In this document: piece by piece, positions 37,355-51,977 of the stretch
Layout of the letters: every line of letters begins with the position of its first letter
Numbering within the stretch: position 1 is the stretch's first letter
Source: Eledone cirrhosa
Lineage: Eukaryota
DNA length: 64,000 nucleotides
Assembly: GCA_964016885.1 (NCBI GenBank)
Contig: OZ024740.1
Location: 205,778,001-205,842,000, forward strand
Direction of reading: 5' to 3'
Translations under genes and position numbers: made by a program
The notes under the pieces: generated by a model
Databases searched by the model: none
Told to the model about the DNA's origin: nothing
Seen by the model: the letters and a program-made list of their open reading frames with translations, nothing else

Positions 37355-39725
37355 TGTGTGTACACGTGTGTGTGTGCATGTGTGTGAGTGTGTGTATGTG
37401 TGTGTGTGTGTGTGAGTGTGTGTGCATTAAAAAATTAAAGTCTTTACTTTAGTTTGCTGCAAATTTTAACAACAATCTATCTACTAGCAAAGATGCTATA
37501 AATATTTGTATTAACAAACTACCTGAGCAAGACAGTTTTGAAAAGTACAAAATACCACAGCGACTACATCACATTAAAAACTGAAGTCTTTATATTAATA
37601 CTTCAAATTTTCACAATGATCTGTCCACTAATAATTGTTTCTACTCTAGGCACAAGGCCAGCAATTATCTCAGTGCATTACTGGTACTTTATTTTATCGA
37701 CCCCGTAAGGGTTTTAACCCAGATCGTAAAGGGCCGCAACTCTATGCTGCAAAGCATGGCGTCCGACCCTTTACCGATACTGCCAACCCACCACCCACGA
37801 TATTATAAACAGTTGAATTAACAAACCTGTTTTTAAATATTTTCTGCTAAATTATTACAGAATATTAAGAGTTAATAGATATGGGAAGCGAGAGGCTCAA
37901 GACATGGAGATAGGGAAAATTGTATTAAGATGAGAAGCAAGAAATTGTGTGGATAAAAATAGAGAAGGTGTGAATGAGAATATGGTAAAAAGGAGACAGA
38001 GAGACCAAAAATGAAAGAAATTTTTATATGAAAATATTTAATGTCTAAAAATTGCCAAGCTTTCAAAAACCCATGAGACAGTGTTTGGAAAATCCTTTGG
38101 ATTGGTCTTATTTCTGACGTCACTAAGACAGTTCGCAATCCTTGGGAACAGCTAAGCTGAAGCTAAAATGTCAACCATGGCCTCGAGCAGGGAGGAACGG
38201 CTATTGATACAACAGCAATCTGGATTAATGCAACAGTAGCAGCAACAAGAAAGCAAGAAAAATATGAAAAAAAAACAAGGAAAAAAAATAGTAATCCAGG
38301 ATTAAACTGAGAGCTGATGGGAAAATTTATAACGCTAATCTTTACCAGCTATTAGCAACAGTTTGTGAAAGTCAAACACCTAATACCCAACTACTTTGGG
38401 TAAAATTGGAGGATATTGGTGTAACTACTTCACGGAGGCTGCAAACAGTTCTTTGAAAGGTAAGAAATCTTTAAAATGACCTCAGAAAATTTATGCCATG
38501 AAAGATAAAGTTAAATTATCTGTCATTTGCTTTAAATGTTCGTTTTTATGGCAGAAATATGTCCCATTTTCCTGCACACACTTTTCTTATTCCTCGTTCA
38601 TTATACTTTTAATATTATTTTATGTTAGTAAAAAAAAACAACAATTTTCTTTACAATTAATTTGCCATTTTCTGGTAGGATTATTATTGAACCAATAACA
38701 GTGGGAACAACTGAGGTCCTGGGTCCCTGGACTATCAGGATGGAGATGACTATCCACAACAATGAGCTCAACAAGGTTCACAGGCTCTTTCAATGTATCT
38801 CCCTCACCACTCTCAGGGATAAAACATTCTTTCCACTGAGACCATGAACCAACAACAAACTTAGCCCTTTAACATTTAAACAGGCCATATCTGGTCAGAA
38901 TTTTCTCACCTCTTTCTGTTCAAGTTGGCCTTAACTGGCCACTCATATTGATGTTAAGATATTGTTCTCAAAATAAATAATATCAAAATCTTGTAGATTC
39001 GATATTATGTGAGATATTACATGAGATAAAGCCTTTACCATGAAAATGCAATACTATATAGAGAGTAATGTAAATTCTAACGGGTTAAACATGACATTGG
39101 CCATGAAGCAGTGGAGAAGAAAAGGTGTCTTGTTTGAATAAATAATATTTGATGCCTAATGTTCTAAAACCCTTAATAGATTCACTCTTCTTTTGCCACA
39201 ACTTCTATCATCACAGATTCTACTATAGCAATATTTCTTACTATTAAGCAACCACTATTATAAAAAAAATAATTGCAACAAAATAATTTATTACTTTATT
39301 GATACAAAGGAATTAGAAAAAAAATCAATAAGAGTCAGAAAGAAAAAAAGGGAGATCTATACACTCCAGTACACACTACAATAGGGAATATTGGTGTTAC
39401 CCTTAACCCTTTAGCATTTAAACCGACAGTATCTGTTCAAACTGGCTATAACTATCCACTCATACTGATGTTAAAGTATTGTTCCCAAAATAAATAATAT
39501 CAAAATCTCGTAGATTCGATATTATGTGAGGTAACGTGTTTACTGTGAAAATACAATAGTAAATATAGAGTAATGTAAATGTTAAAGGGTCAAACATTGA
39601 TTCAGTAAAAAGATTCTGTTTGACTCTTGATGGTTTTCAGAAAGATTATGACAATATAAAAAAAAAAAACCACAGTGAAGATAATAGAAATGTGAATTTG
39701 ATGTATAAATATATATGTGTGTGTG

Positions 39726-39811
<86 letters not shown>

Positions 39812-39862
39812 CATATGTGTGTGTATATATATATATGTACATGTGTATATAAATATATATAT

Positions 39863-40005
39863 ATATTTAATATAGAAATGGCTTCTACAGGACTAGAACT
39901 GTTTCATTTCTAGTCCTGTAGAAGCCATTTCTATATTAAATATTTATACTCTTCTATGTATTGAGTACCTTACTTACTGTGGTTACGCCCAATTGAACCC
40001 GGGAT
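39863..40005. repeat. Family A remnant: 36-bp perfect hairpin of the hammerhead 3' half plus element tail (tail also at ~33932-34015 + and 20812-20895 -)
   Basis: ATATTTAATATAGAAATGGCTTCTACAGGACTAGAA, a 9-nt loop, then its exact reverse complement, followed by TATTGAGTACCTTACTTACTGTGGTTAC. Confidence 0.85.
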
Positions 40006-40054
<49 letters not shown>

Positions 40055-40673
40055 ACTGTACATACCTTAACTAGAACATAAGTAAATCAAATACAAACCC
40101 ATGCTATAGTGCATAGACCCAAACAAATACATATCATAATCTTACATTCAACTCTACCTACAAAAGCCCACCACATTAACCATAAATTAAATTCAAATAT
40201 TTTGTTCAAAATCATACTCTAGCCCTCCCAGCCAAACAACAACCAATTTACACCATCTATTGGTAATGGGGTAACGGTTTTGTGTGCTACTGGTAACATG
40301 TAACCCAGTACAACCTGTCACATGCAGGATGAAAAACAAAACCCATCAACGGGCGAAGGAACTCATAAAAGTCAAAGGCCATCCCTTTGTATGTACATAT
40401 GTACTTATGTTTTGGGTTAGGGCAATCGGCAATCATATTTGCATATATCATCATCATCCTCACCATCATTATCATCATCATTTAACATACATTTTCCTCA
40501 CTAGCATGGGTTGGACGGGTTGTCCCATTTAAGGCAAGTTGGGTCAGGTGACCGTGTCTTGCTCAAACAGAACTCTTTCTGGCTTGGTTTCTATGGCTGG
40601 CCGCCCTTTCTAATGCCAACCACATTTACAATGTGGGCTGGATGCTTTTTATTGTGACACCTACATGACTTAT

Positions 40674-40728
<55 letters not shown>

Positions 40729-42525
40729 AATATGACTCCAGATTTCCCTAGCCCATAAACAAAACACATTTAGAAAATCAAAGCTAATCTCGAACCCTAG
40801 CCAGATATAGACTAAACACCTAAACTCAACCTCAGACCCCATCCATATTTCAATTAAACCAACCACTAAAGCGCATCAACCATCAACCTGAATCCCTGTT
40901 TTCTGTTAACGAATCCTTACTTTCTTTTTCTTTACACCTCTATCTTTATAATGTAATACAGTATTTCGCCATCATTCATATTTCCTTTATTTTTATATTT
41001 AAAAATAACATCCCATATTTTAATGGCTCATTTAGTATTGTGATTTATTCCAGTTATTAATATAGCCTAGTGATATTCAAATGTTTTTTTCTTAACCCTT
41101 TAGCATTTACATTAATCTATATTTACTATTATATTTTCACGGTAGACACTTTACCTCACATAATTATTTCAAGTGATATCAAATCTATGAGATTTTGATA
41201 TTATTTATTTTGAGAACAACATCTTAACATCATTATGAGTGACTGGTTACAGCCGGTTTGAACAGAAAGAAGTGAAAGAATTAGGCCAGTTTAAATGCTA
41301 AAGGGTTAAGAGGCTTGTCGCTCCTAAATTTTATGTATACTTTTAAATGTTTATGATGAAACAAATGAGATGGAGTTAATATGTGTTAGGAAATTTTTTA
41401 TTTATTTATTTATTTTTTGGTTTATGCCAGATACCTAACATAGAATATACTGGAATATTATAAGGCGGCGAATTGGCAGAGTCATTAGAACACGGTATTA
41501 GTTTTGGTTCTCTGCTCACTGAGTTCAAATTCCAACGAGGTCAACTTTGCCTTTCATCCTTTCGAGGTTGATAAAAAAAGTACCAGTCTAGTACTGGGAT
41601 CGATTCTTTGTACTCAGGTCTGGAGAGAGTTGGGCTCCGCCAGGCTTAAAATGCCCAAGAAATGCCGTATTTTAATACAGGACTCCTATAACTCTATCAG
41701 GAGTTACAGGACCATACCATACCATACTGAGAATCTTTTAACTTACCATACCTTTAGATTTCATACGTGGAAATGTGTGTAAGACAAAAATGTTTTCAAT
41801 TCCATCTGGACACATGGATTTATCATTTATCTCTATGCAATATCTTGGATTAATTTACCGTATGGATTACACCTTGGATGAATCAGTTCATTCTATTTGT
41901 GGATTGAGTTAGACATTTTCTTGACATAACTTTGCCCCCCATATGGCCTAGGGAACTGTATCTCACACATATTTCTGCATTTTATCATGGGTGGTTGGGA
42001 TCATTTTATCATGGCATTTGGGATCATTTTATCATGGGTGGTTTTCATATCTTTGATATAACTGATGGGACCTCTTGAGCTTTTGTTTGGAAAGTTATTC
42101 ATGGCTGTATACCCCTCTCAACACCAACCACTTTACAGTGTGTACTGGGTGTATTTTATCATGACACTAGTACCAGGAAGGTTATTGGTCATTGACTCCA
42201 CTGAAGAGCCCTTTCTACCTTAGATACATATATATACATACACACATAGGTATGCATGTATATGTATATGTAGCAATATCCATAGGTGTGAAAAAGGGAA
42301 AAGGAAAACAGTGCTCAATCAGGAAGAGAGCAGAAATATTATATTATATTATATTATATTATATATATTAATATTTTGTTATACTTTGGGAGGGTCATGT
42401 TGCCAATAAGAAACACATGCACCAGTTGCTTTCACTTCAATTTATTATAATAAATTTATAAATTTAGGAATTTATAAATTTCCGGTTGGTTGGTTGGTTC
42501 CACAACCAGATGGTTGTTTATATAT

Positions 42526-42570
42526 TGTCAAAATTCTTTCGTCACACATTCTGTGACCTCTTCAGTGACT
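42526..42570 (-). ncRNA. Family C hammerhead motif (diverged stem III) within solo repeat ~42377-42665
   Basis: On -: AGTCA CTGAAGA GGTCACAGAATGTGTGAC GAAA GAAT TT TGACA. Confidence 0.5.
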
Positions 42571-43189
42571 GGGGATTCTTTTCTTTGTTTTTGTGCCTCT
42601 CCTTTGTTATGTCCTACGCCATCTTGTTTCTGTGTGTGTGTTGTGTGCTCAGTCTGCGCATGCGCCACATAATATTTTGATTATGAAAATATTTTTCATT
42701 TATTAATATTTTGAATAATATATATATACATATATATATTATATATACAATATAATATAATTGTTTCTACTTTAGGCACAAGGCCAGCAATTACCCAGTA
42801 CATTACTGGTACTTTATTTTATCGACCCCGTAAGGATGAAAGGCAAAGTCAACCTCGGCGGGATTTGAACTCAGATCGTAAAGGGACGTAACTATGCTGG
42901 AAAGCATGGCGTCCGACCCTCTACCGATACTGCCAATCCACAATATAATATAATATAACATATATATGTGTATATGTGTGTGTGCGCGTGTGTGTGTGTA
43001 TGTGTGTGTGTGTGTATGTGTATATTACATATTATATATATATATGACTGGGGTTGTATATTGAATGATATATGAAATGTCCATGTAAATAAACATTTTT
43101 ATAGTCGTTATGAAATTTTAGTACCAGTGATTAATCTTCCACTGGCAACCAAGCAAGGGAGAGCACTCTAATGGCACTGTCACTGGTTC

Positions 43190-43900
43190 TTTTTACTCCT
43201 TTTTTGAAAAGAGTCTTAACCTTTTGGAAGTTAGTCCTTCATCAGAAAGTAGAATGTGAGACAGAGAAAAAGAAATAGAAAGAATGATAAGAGTAAGAAA
43301 AGAAAGTAAACAGAAATTTTTATTTTCATTTTTTTTTAGGTGTTTAGTTAGCCAGCCATTTTGTAATATATATATCCTGGTATGTTGGTGGAGTACTGAT
43401 GAGTTCTTCCCTTCTTGCAGCTCTCGCCAGTGTTCATTTATCCTTTCTCCAATGCTACAGGCCTTCTCACATATGTATGTCATGTTAATATTCCTACACT
43501 GTCCCTCTGTACATCTTATGTTATATACAACGTAATTGGGGCTTTTATAGAAATACCTGGTTTTTCTAATATCTTAATATTTAATTTTAATTTGCTTAGG
43601 GCCCTTCTAAATCTGTAAGCTAGTTCGCGTCTGGGGGTTGCATTGACGAACATTACATTCTGGTATTTGTTTCTGCCACACTATGAGTTAATCTTATTTG
43701 TCTTCTTCTTAGTTCTCTCTATCCTATTCCAAAATTTGCTCCTATACATGGGGCAAGTCCCATTCACATCATTTTTCTATAATCTTCATCCATTTGGCCT
43801 TGGTTCCTTTAGACACCTTGATCCTGTCTCTCTGATTGTAACCAGAGAACTGCATGCGATGGATGAAGTGATGTATGTGTCTCTCTAATTCTTTAGGATT
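43190..43900 (-). mobile_element. Old Penelope-like 3' fragment (GIY-YIG remnant plus decayed hammerhead at ~43206-43249)
   Basis: TYICEKACSIGERINEH..VLHQH resembles YIGETGR.L.ER..EH. Downstream lies CTGATGAAGGACTAACTTCCAAAAGG. Confidence 0.6.
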
Positions 43901-44189
43901 GCACACGTGGGACAGATTCTTCAGTAATCTTACTCAGTCTGCAAGTAGTATGTTAACTTCCATGTTATCTAAAATGGCTGAGTTTCAGTGGCTCAGATAC
44001 TTGGAGGCCATGTGTTTGGCATAATGCAAATATATATGAGGGAGTTAGAATAGGTGTCAGAATTATCAAGCTCAGAATAGTCATAGGCAATAGAATAACG
44101 GCAATTATCTCTACATATACACCCAATCAGGACTGAGTAAAAATCAGAAGGACTGTTTCTATGAGAAACTCTTACAGATAATTTCATTC

Positions 44190-45812
44190 AAGCTGGCAAC
44201 TTCAATGGACATGTTGGCTAACATCAGGATGGCTACACTTGACTACATGGAGTATATGGTTATGACTTGAGAAATGAAGAGATGGGCGAGGCACCTAGAA
44301 TTCTGTGATGTGAATGAATTAACTATTTCTAATATCAACTTTAGGAAACTAGTCAGCCACTTGATCATCTACAACACAAGCCAGATTGACATTTTGTTAG
44401 AAAAAATGGATAGGCAGATAGTTATGAATGTTAAGTCATTCTCTGGAGGATAATACACTGCTCAACTAAGATAGTTATTAGTGACATCAGAATATGCACA
44501 AGATAGAACAAGAAATACAGGAAAATATGGAGAAGGAGAGTATGGACACTAAAGGACCTCTTTTTTAAATATATGTTCAGAAAAACCCTATGTAATGTAT
44601 ATGAATAGAAGGTGGAGGAGTTAGCTATATATGATATAGAGGACAACTGGAAGTTTCTGTGACAACCTACTACAGGCTACTGATGAGAATTGTGGGTGGA
44701 AAAACATCAGACAGACAGAGGGTGACTTGGTGGTGGAACAGCACCATGGATAGAACTGCTAAAGCCAAGAGACAATCATGGAATGACTGGAAAAAAATGG
44801 GGGTTGCAAAGATCAGTTCAGAGTGGCTAAAAGAGAAGCTATATGACAAAATTGAGAACAAGAGGTTTCCAATGTCCTGCAATGTGAGGTGTTCTGCAAT
44901 GCAAAGTAGTGTGCTTGTGAGAACCAAGATGATGAGGAAAAGAGTGTTTGAAATGACACCAGTGTACTTTGTATCACTTTTTGCACAATAGAAGGAGGCT
45001 TGGAAATGCAATTTTGAGAGGTTTATGAATGTAGTGAATGAGTGGATGGAAGAGAGACAACCCATAGCTAACACAACAGAGGGACCAGCTGTTGAAATTG
45101 ACAGTTATGGAATCAAAGAAACAATCATGGAAATGAAAAATGGTAAAGCCATCAGTCAATCAGAGACAGTTACAGACATGCTGAAATCTTCTAGAGAAAT
45201 AGGAGTCAAACTAATCACATGCATAATGAATCAAGTAATACATGATGATGTCATACCCAATGACTAGCATAGCATATACTCATTAATTGTTACAAGGAGA
45301 AAAGATAATGTAATGGAAAAAAAGCAGCTACAGAGACATAAAACTGATAGATTAAGTTATGAAGGTGGCAGGAAGTGTTTTAATACAAATAATTAGGGAA
45401 AGAGTAAAATTAAATGAGATACAGTTTTGGTTTTGTGCCAGGGAGGCGCACCACTGATATTTTCATAGTGAGACAACTATAAGAATCATGAAGCATGGAT
45501 GAGTTGAGAGAAAAAGTGGGTGTAAGGGGATTTAGATGTAACATGCAGAAGAGAAGACTGCACAGGTATGTCAAGGTGATGTGTATGGATGATGATCATT
45601 GAGTGAAGAATTGACAAGAAATCCTACAGGAAGAGAGCTACAGCAGTTGAAAACCAGGAAAACCTGGGCAGAGGTTGTGAGAGCTGGTCTCAAATTGTGA
45701 CAGCTCACAGAGGAGATGATGAAGGACTACAGTGACTGGAGGGATCTCGTACTGAAAAATACCCATCCAACCCAAACATGGAAACACAAATTTAGAATAG
45801 GGATAATGATGA
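44190..45812 (+). mobile_element. Old, heavily degenerate and internally deleted RTE copy
   Basis: Colinear with 30080-31420 and 32410-32730 (RQRVTWWWNS, EGPAVEID, EMKNGKA). Confidence 0.85.
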
Positions 45813-46028
45813 TGTGTATATATATATATATATGTGTGTTTATGTGTATATTACAAATTTTATATTTAATTTCCTTCAGAAACATTTTTATTTTTACTCC
45901 ATAAAAATGTTTAAACCTTTGTTTTCATATGAACATAAAGAAAACAAACTTAAAATCACCATAAACAATTTTTAATATTGTTATTATTATTTTTTTTTTT
46001 TCAGGTTTCTTTCTGAGTGTTTAAAAGT

Positions 46029-46154
46029 ATGGCTGACAATCAGAATGCTAGCGGCAATGAGGATAAGCCCCGAAGACGAAAGAAGGCAAAGAAGCAAAAA
46101 ATCATATCCTCCACAGGAGCTACCATCTTTATGATAATAAATGTTTTCCTTGTT
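46029..46154 (+). CDS. Tetraspanin coding exon 1 (N-terminal tail plus TM1 start)
   Basis: Acceptor (T)nCAG at 46004, ATG at 46029, MADNQNASGNEDKPRRRKKAKKQKIISSTGATIFMIINVFLV, donor GTAAGT, phase 0. Confidence 0.8.
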
Positions 46155-47116
46155 GTAAGTAAACACAAAACGCTACAATTCTAAAAGGTCTACATTATGT
46201 TAAACATTTCATTACCATATCTTTAATAAAATATACTACCTATGATTTCCAATTCATTTTTAAACTAGTCAATAATTTGGAAGGATTTAGTACTATAATT
46301 AACTTTCTCGTTATTAACCTGCCGAAGTTAGCTTTGCCTTTCATCCTTACTGGGTCGATAAAATAAAGTACCACTCATGCACTGGGGTCAATTTAATTGA
46401 CCCCCTCCCCAAAATTGCTGGCCTTCTGCCGAAATCTGAAACCATTATTAACCTGGTGGTTGGAACATAACTTAACAATGATTCTTATATATAATTATGA
46501 GGGAAGATTTTTAGATAAATATAAACATGTTAAATCTTTTCTTACTATATGTTTACTCTGCCTATGATTTGCAAACCATTTTGAAAATAGTTCAATATTT
46601 TTATAATTTTATTTATGGAATATATCATGTAAATAGAGATTAATAGAAAAAGAAAAAAAAAGACAATTCAGATTGAGAAGAAAGAATGGAATGTAAAATA
46701 GGAAAATATAAAGAAAAAAGAGGAAAAAAATGGAAAAAGGAAGGAATGGCAAGGACTCTAGTGTCACAGAAGAATGGAGAGGGGGGAGGGGGATGATTGG
46801 GCCTAGGGAATTTGAAAGCATTTAGTAGTAGGATTAACTTTCTCATTATTAAACCTTTCATGACAGTATTTCTAATAAAATACACTGTATTTCAATTAAT
46901 TTATGAAGGATTTGAAGAGATTTACTAAAATTATTAATTATTTAATTATCAAGACATTATTTGCAGCATAACTTGTTGGAATTAAGTTGGAAGATTTTAA
47001 ATTAAATAGGGACATTTTAAAATAGGTGTTTTTGTTGTTTTTCTTTGCATAGATCCAGGGGTGGTTTGGGGTAGGTTGTTATCAAAGGGTTTAACTGCTG
47101 TTTGGAATCTAACCTA

Positions 47117-49182
47117 ACAAAATGGTTCTTACATAAAATTATGATGTAAAGTTTTTAGAGCTATATAAACACTTTAAAACAGTTTTGTATCATAAAACAA
47201 GGGGCAGTTTCAGGTGGTTTACAGGTCTACTTTCTTACAGCAAATTGTTAATATTTTCACTACATACCATATTAATTCAGGCATCATGTGAGACCAGTGA
47301 CATCATGACTTTCGACATGCCGCCAAGTCGAAAGTCATGACGTCACTGGTCTCACATGATGCCTGGCAGCCAATATCTCTCGAGGGCGTGAACCTGGAGG
47401 ATGTGGAGTCCTTTGTTTACCTGGGCTCAACAGTGGTTCCAACGGGACAGGGCGCAATCAAGGTCAAGCGTCGCATAGGTGCTGCCAGATCCGCTTTTGG
47501 GCGCATACAGCGGTGTCTGTGGGACAGAAGAGAGATCACCTCGGTGACCAAAGGGTGAATCTACCAGGCCGTCGTTCTCACTATCCTCCTTTATGGCTGT
47601 GAAACATGGCCTATGAGGGTAGTCGATCAACGAGGACTGGAGGTCTTCGACATTGACTGTCTCTGCCACATTCTTCACTGCCGACGCGTTGATCGGGTAC
47701 CTACCACCAGTCTTCGTCTTCACCTGAATCTTCAACTCCTTCCTTCAGTGCTTCTGCAACGGCACTTGAGATGGTTTGGTCACACAGCCTGATGCCCTAA
47801 CTGGCACAAGCACGTTGGCGGGCAGCTGAAGACCTGGGCAACGAAGATCAAGGAGGATCTCTCCGAACTCTCAGGTCCACAGGTGGTCGGCCTGTGTCGA
47901 TGGAACCGTGACTGGCTCGCTATCTCCAGTGACCTAGCCCGGGACCGTCATGCATGGGCTGCCATGGTTCGGGATGCTGTCAGGACAAGGGAAGAAGCCG
48001 GCTCAACCCGTTCAGAGTGAATGTCGACACAAGTATAAGTACAAGTACAGGTCAGATGACCATGTCTTGCTCATATATCTTATAATATTATATATATAAA
48101 CAAGAAGTATAAGTCAACAAATATACTCCTGAGTAAACAGACTCACCTGTACACTTCGTCGAGTGCTCTACCCTGCATACTGAAGTGTCGGTGATTAGCC
48201 AACACAGTCGAATTAATATATATATATACAAAGAATTGGGACCCAATGGCTGAGCTCTTGCCATTTCAACTCTTTATAATATAGCCATACTCTACTACCC
48301 CCAAGTATCAAGAACTCTGTTGAGTAATGGTCTAACTTGCTAGCTAACTGTGAATATATAAAATGAAAAATATGTAGTAGACACTAATCTTTTCCTTGCC
48401 CCCTCCACTATTCCCCTTCCTCAGTCTTGATACCCTACTCCTTACCAATATTCCATTCATCTTATCCATTTCGAACTTGCTTACACCACAACTCTCACCT
48501 TCCTCACCCCTCATACACCTCTTTTATTCAACCCATTCATACAAGCATAGAAAGCTGGACCCACTCCACATCTAATCTCCCATAATGCTGCTGCCATGAC
48601 TAAAATGTCCACCCTGTCTGGTGATCTGGTTCCACAACAAAAGTACCCAGTCCACCCTTCAAAGTGGTTGTCTGGTAATATGACAAGAAGTAGCACCCAA
48701 TCCACCCTGTTAGGTGGTCGTGCTAGTGACATAAGAGGCTCCAGTTTGTGATTGATATGATTGCCTAAATTTCTTTAAGGTGCTGCCCTAGCATGGATGC
48801 AGTCTTATAACCAGTACACAATAATTTCATTATTATTATTATTAATAGCCAGTAAAAGAATAACATCCGCATGCAATTTGTTTCAACTTCATTTAGTATC
48901 ACTAGAATGAAATCATCAGAATTCATTAAATTATGGCTCTATTTACTAAATTAAATTAATTCATTAGAGGATTAATGATTTTGAGAGATACATAAAAAAC
49001 AAGTTTACATATTTGATAATGAATTAATATGGTATGTAGTGAAAATATTAACAATTTGCTGTAAGAAAGTAGACCTGTAAACCACCTGAAACTGCCCCTT
49101 GTTTTATGATACAAAACTGTTTTAAAGTGTTTATATAGCTCTAAAAACTTTACATCATAATTTTATGTAAGAACCATTTTGT
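47117..49182. repeat. 163-bp inverted duplication (47117-47279 / 49020-49182) bounding an inversion
   Basis: The two segments read as exact reverse complements by eye. Confidence 0.9.
47317..48048 (+). mobile_element. GC-rich RTE-like LINE (second family), 3' part
   Basis: AAKSKVM...VESFVYLGS...LLYGCETW...RWFGH, with tail CAAGTATAAGTACAAGTA. Confidence 0.85.
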
Positions 49183-50280
49183 CACACGGCGGCTGCAGTG
49201 TGTACCCTTTCGAGAGCACCTTGTACATCTGTCCCATTAGTGGCCATCAGCACGATGTCATCCGCGTAGGCCAGGTCTGTCACCACGACCTCTCTCCCGA
49301 CCTCTACGCCCTGGTATTCCCGGAGCGCTGTGTTGAGAGTGTAGTCAATGGCGTAGTTAAAGAGAGTTGGCGATAGCGCACACCCCTGCCGAACACCGGT
49401 CCCAACATCGAACGACTCTGTCTCCCCACCATAGACCCTCACTTGAGCCCGAGTCGACTGGTAGTAGCCTTGTATAAGACGAAGCAGCTTCACTAGGATG
49501 CATTATACGCCACAGGGCTTCCCGATCTACCGAGTTGAAGGCAGCTGCAAAGTCGATGAAGCAGAGGACGGTAGGCTGTTGATGTGCCCACCGTTGTTCC
49601 AGGACACGCCGGAGAATGAAGATTTGATCAGCGCACCCTCTCCCCAGACGGAAGCTGCCCTGAGAAGGACGGGTACGGACATCATGGATGGCCTGGAACC
49701 TCTTCAGCAGAAGGATTGCCAAGCTTTTGGCAGCAACGTCAATTAAACTGATACCCCTGTAGTTGGAACACAGTTTCCTGTCGCCCTTTTTGAAGAAGGG
49801 TAGGAGAGTTGCCTCGCTCCGTTACCCACACCGAGGAGAGGACTCGATGGGGCCAAGCTGCGAAGACATCAGGCTCAGCCTTGTAGACATGGAACGCTAT
49901 CCTCGCCCAGCGCCTTGTTGTTCCGGAGATGTGTCAGGACACCACGTACCTCCTCGACCATTGGAGGGGCAGTGTTGCACCCGTATTCTTCTCCGGAAGG
50001 CTGCACCTGGGTTGGTGTGGATGGTGGCAGGTGGTTCAGCAGCTCGGAGAAATGGTCCCACCATCGGACTAGCCAGTCATTAAGATTGGTAATGACCGCC
50101 CCGTTCCGATCACGGATTGTCTCGCTGATACCCGTACTGCTTCGGCTGGCCTGCTTCACCAGTTGGTAGAGCTTGCGCAAGTCACCACAAGCTGCTGCCC
50201 TCTCCGTCTGCTCTGCAAACTCGCGCCAGTGTGCATTCCGATCAGCCCGAATAGCCCGAGATGAGCGACATCGGAGATCT
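49183..50280 (-). mobile_element. Same LINE, upstream RT part in opposite orientation
   Basis: FRLGRGCADQIF, FIDFAAAFNSVDR, GVRQGCALSP, LAYADD...LERVHTAAAV. Confidence 0.88.
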
Positions 50281-50866
50281 CGAAGATCATCTGACCTGAC
50301 TTGTCTTTTAACAGGACAACTCGACTAACCCATGCTGGCATAGAAAAGGGGGATGTTAAACAGTGATGAAGATGATGATGATGACGACAGGCATCCTCCC
50401 CCTCATCTTCATCATTATCACCATTTAACATCCATCCTGGCAGGAGTTGGGCTGAGATAGAGGCTCATCTCTTCTCATTAAATGGATATATATCTCTTCA
50501 ATGGATATATTCTTGTTGGCAATGTTTATAGAATGTTTATAGCAATTGTCTCTTTTTCACTATCATCATCATCGTTTTTACACCCATTTTTCCTTGCTTT
50601 CATGGGTCAGATGAGCTTGCTTCAGTACCACATCTCTCCACTTGTTTACCTCTTTATTCATCCCCTTTATGAGATCAGCTTTCAGCCCCTCTGTTCGTGT
50701 CTTTCTTGGTCTGTCTCTTTCTCAGTTTCCTCAATGATCCTCATATACTACAGCATCTCTTCATTTATTTATCTCCTTTGTAAAGTTCAGTGTTTGAAGA
50801 CAAAATACATTGTTTTATAGATATAAATCTCTCTGATAGATTTTATTTTCTTCTTCAATATTACAG

Positions 50867-51121
50867 ATAATTGGTGGTACATTGATCCTGGGTGGAATTG
50901 TAGTAAAATATGGCTCTGCAAAAATGGAGATACAGTTACAACCACTTTACCATACTATGGCAGAGGCAATAGCTGAAGCAGATATGCCAAATTTCGATAA
51001 ATATGTCAATGTCACACATAATGTAGCACTGGGTTTCATTGTAACTGGAGGATGTCTTCTTTTCATCGCTGTGTTAGGATGTTGTGGTGGCTGTTGTCAA
51101 AATAGGTCATTACTAATACTG
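50867..51121 (+). CDS. Tetraspanin coding exon 2 (TM1 end, EC1, TM2, GCCG)
   Basis: TTACAG|ATA...CTG|GTAAGT, 255 nt; IIGGTLILGG...FIAVLGCCGGCCQNRSLLIL. Confidence 0.92.
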
Positions 51122-51654
51122 GTAAGTACAATCATTTCTTTCATCTTTTTAATGCATATAACTAAGCTGTTTATCCCTTTTGTTACAATATTTCTAGTAA
51201 AATACACTCCCAATGTGTTTCAATTAATTTTTTTGAAATTCTCATGAGTGGAGAATATATTTATGACGTTTTAATATTGTGATATCTAAAATATCTTATG
51301 TGTCATTTAGAGTAGAGTTTTTGTTTCACAACTCCATTACATAATGATGTTTTACCAATTTCTGACTGTTTTGACAGTCATATTCATTAAAAACAAAAAC
51401 AAGAAGAAATATAAATTTACTGTTAAAAATGAAACCGGTGTAATATTCACCTACAAAGTGAAACCGGTGTAAGATTCACCTTCAAAATGAAACTAGTGTA
51501 ATATATACCTCCAAAGTGAACAAATAATTTAGCAGCTCATTTATGTAAAATTTTGAAGTTGGTGAAAATTGGCACAATTTTGAATATAAGCTGACTCCCA
51601 TTTCCCTATTTTTACCATTGACTTTTTATTTTTGTCACATATTTCTTGGCTTGG

Positions 51655-51940
51655 TGATGGTGGTGGTGGTAAAGATGTTGATGATGATGTTAATGATGAG
51701 GGTGGATGGGGGTTAATGGTGATGAGGATGGATGATGATGATGATGATGCTGATGATGATGATAATGATAATGATGGTGATGATGATGATGATGATGTTG
51801 ATGATGATGATGATGTTGGTGATGATAATGATGATGATAATGATGGTGATGATGATGATAATGATGATGTTGATGATGATGATGATAATGATAATGATGT
51901 TGATGGTGATGATAATGATGTTGATGGTGATGATAATGAT
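51655..51940. repeat. Imperfect (GAT)n microsatellite abutting the exon 3 acceptor
   Basis: Direct reading. Confidence 0.95.
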
Positions 51941-51977
51941 TCACTGCTATATTATTGTTATTTCCCTTAACTTCCAG

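Noticed and set aside
43395-43410. CTGATGAG on the + strand
   Set aside because: No GAAA or stems. It is antisense to the GIY-YIG remnant, so a chance match.
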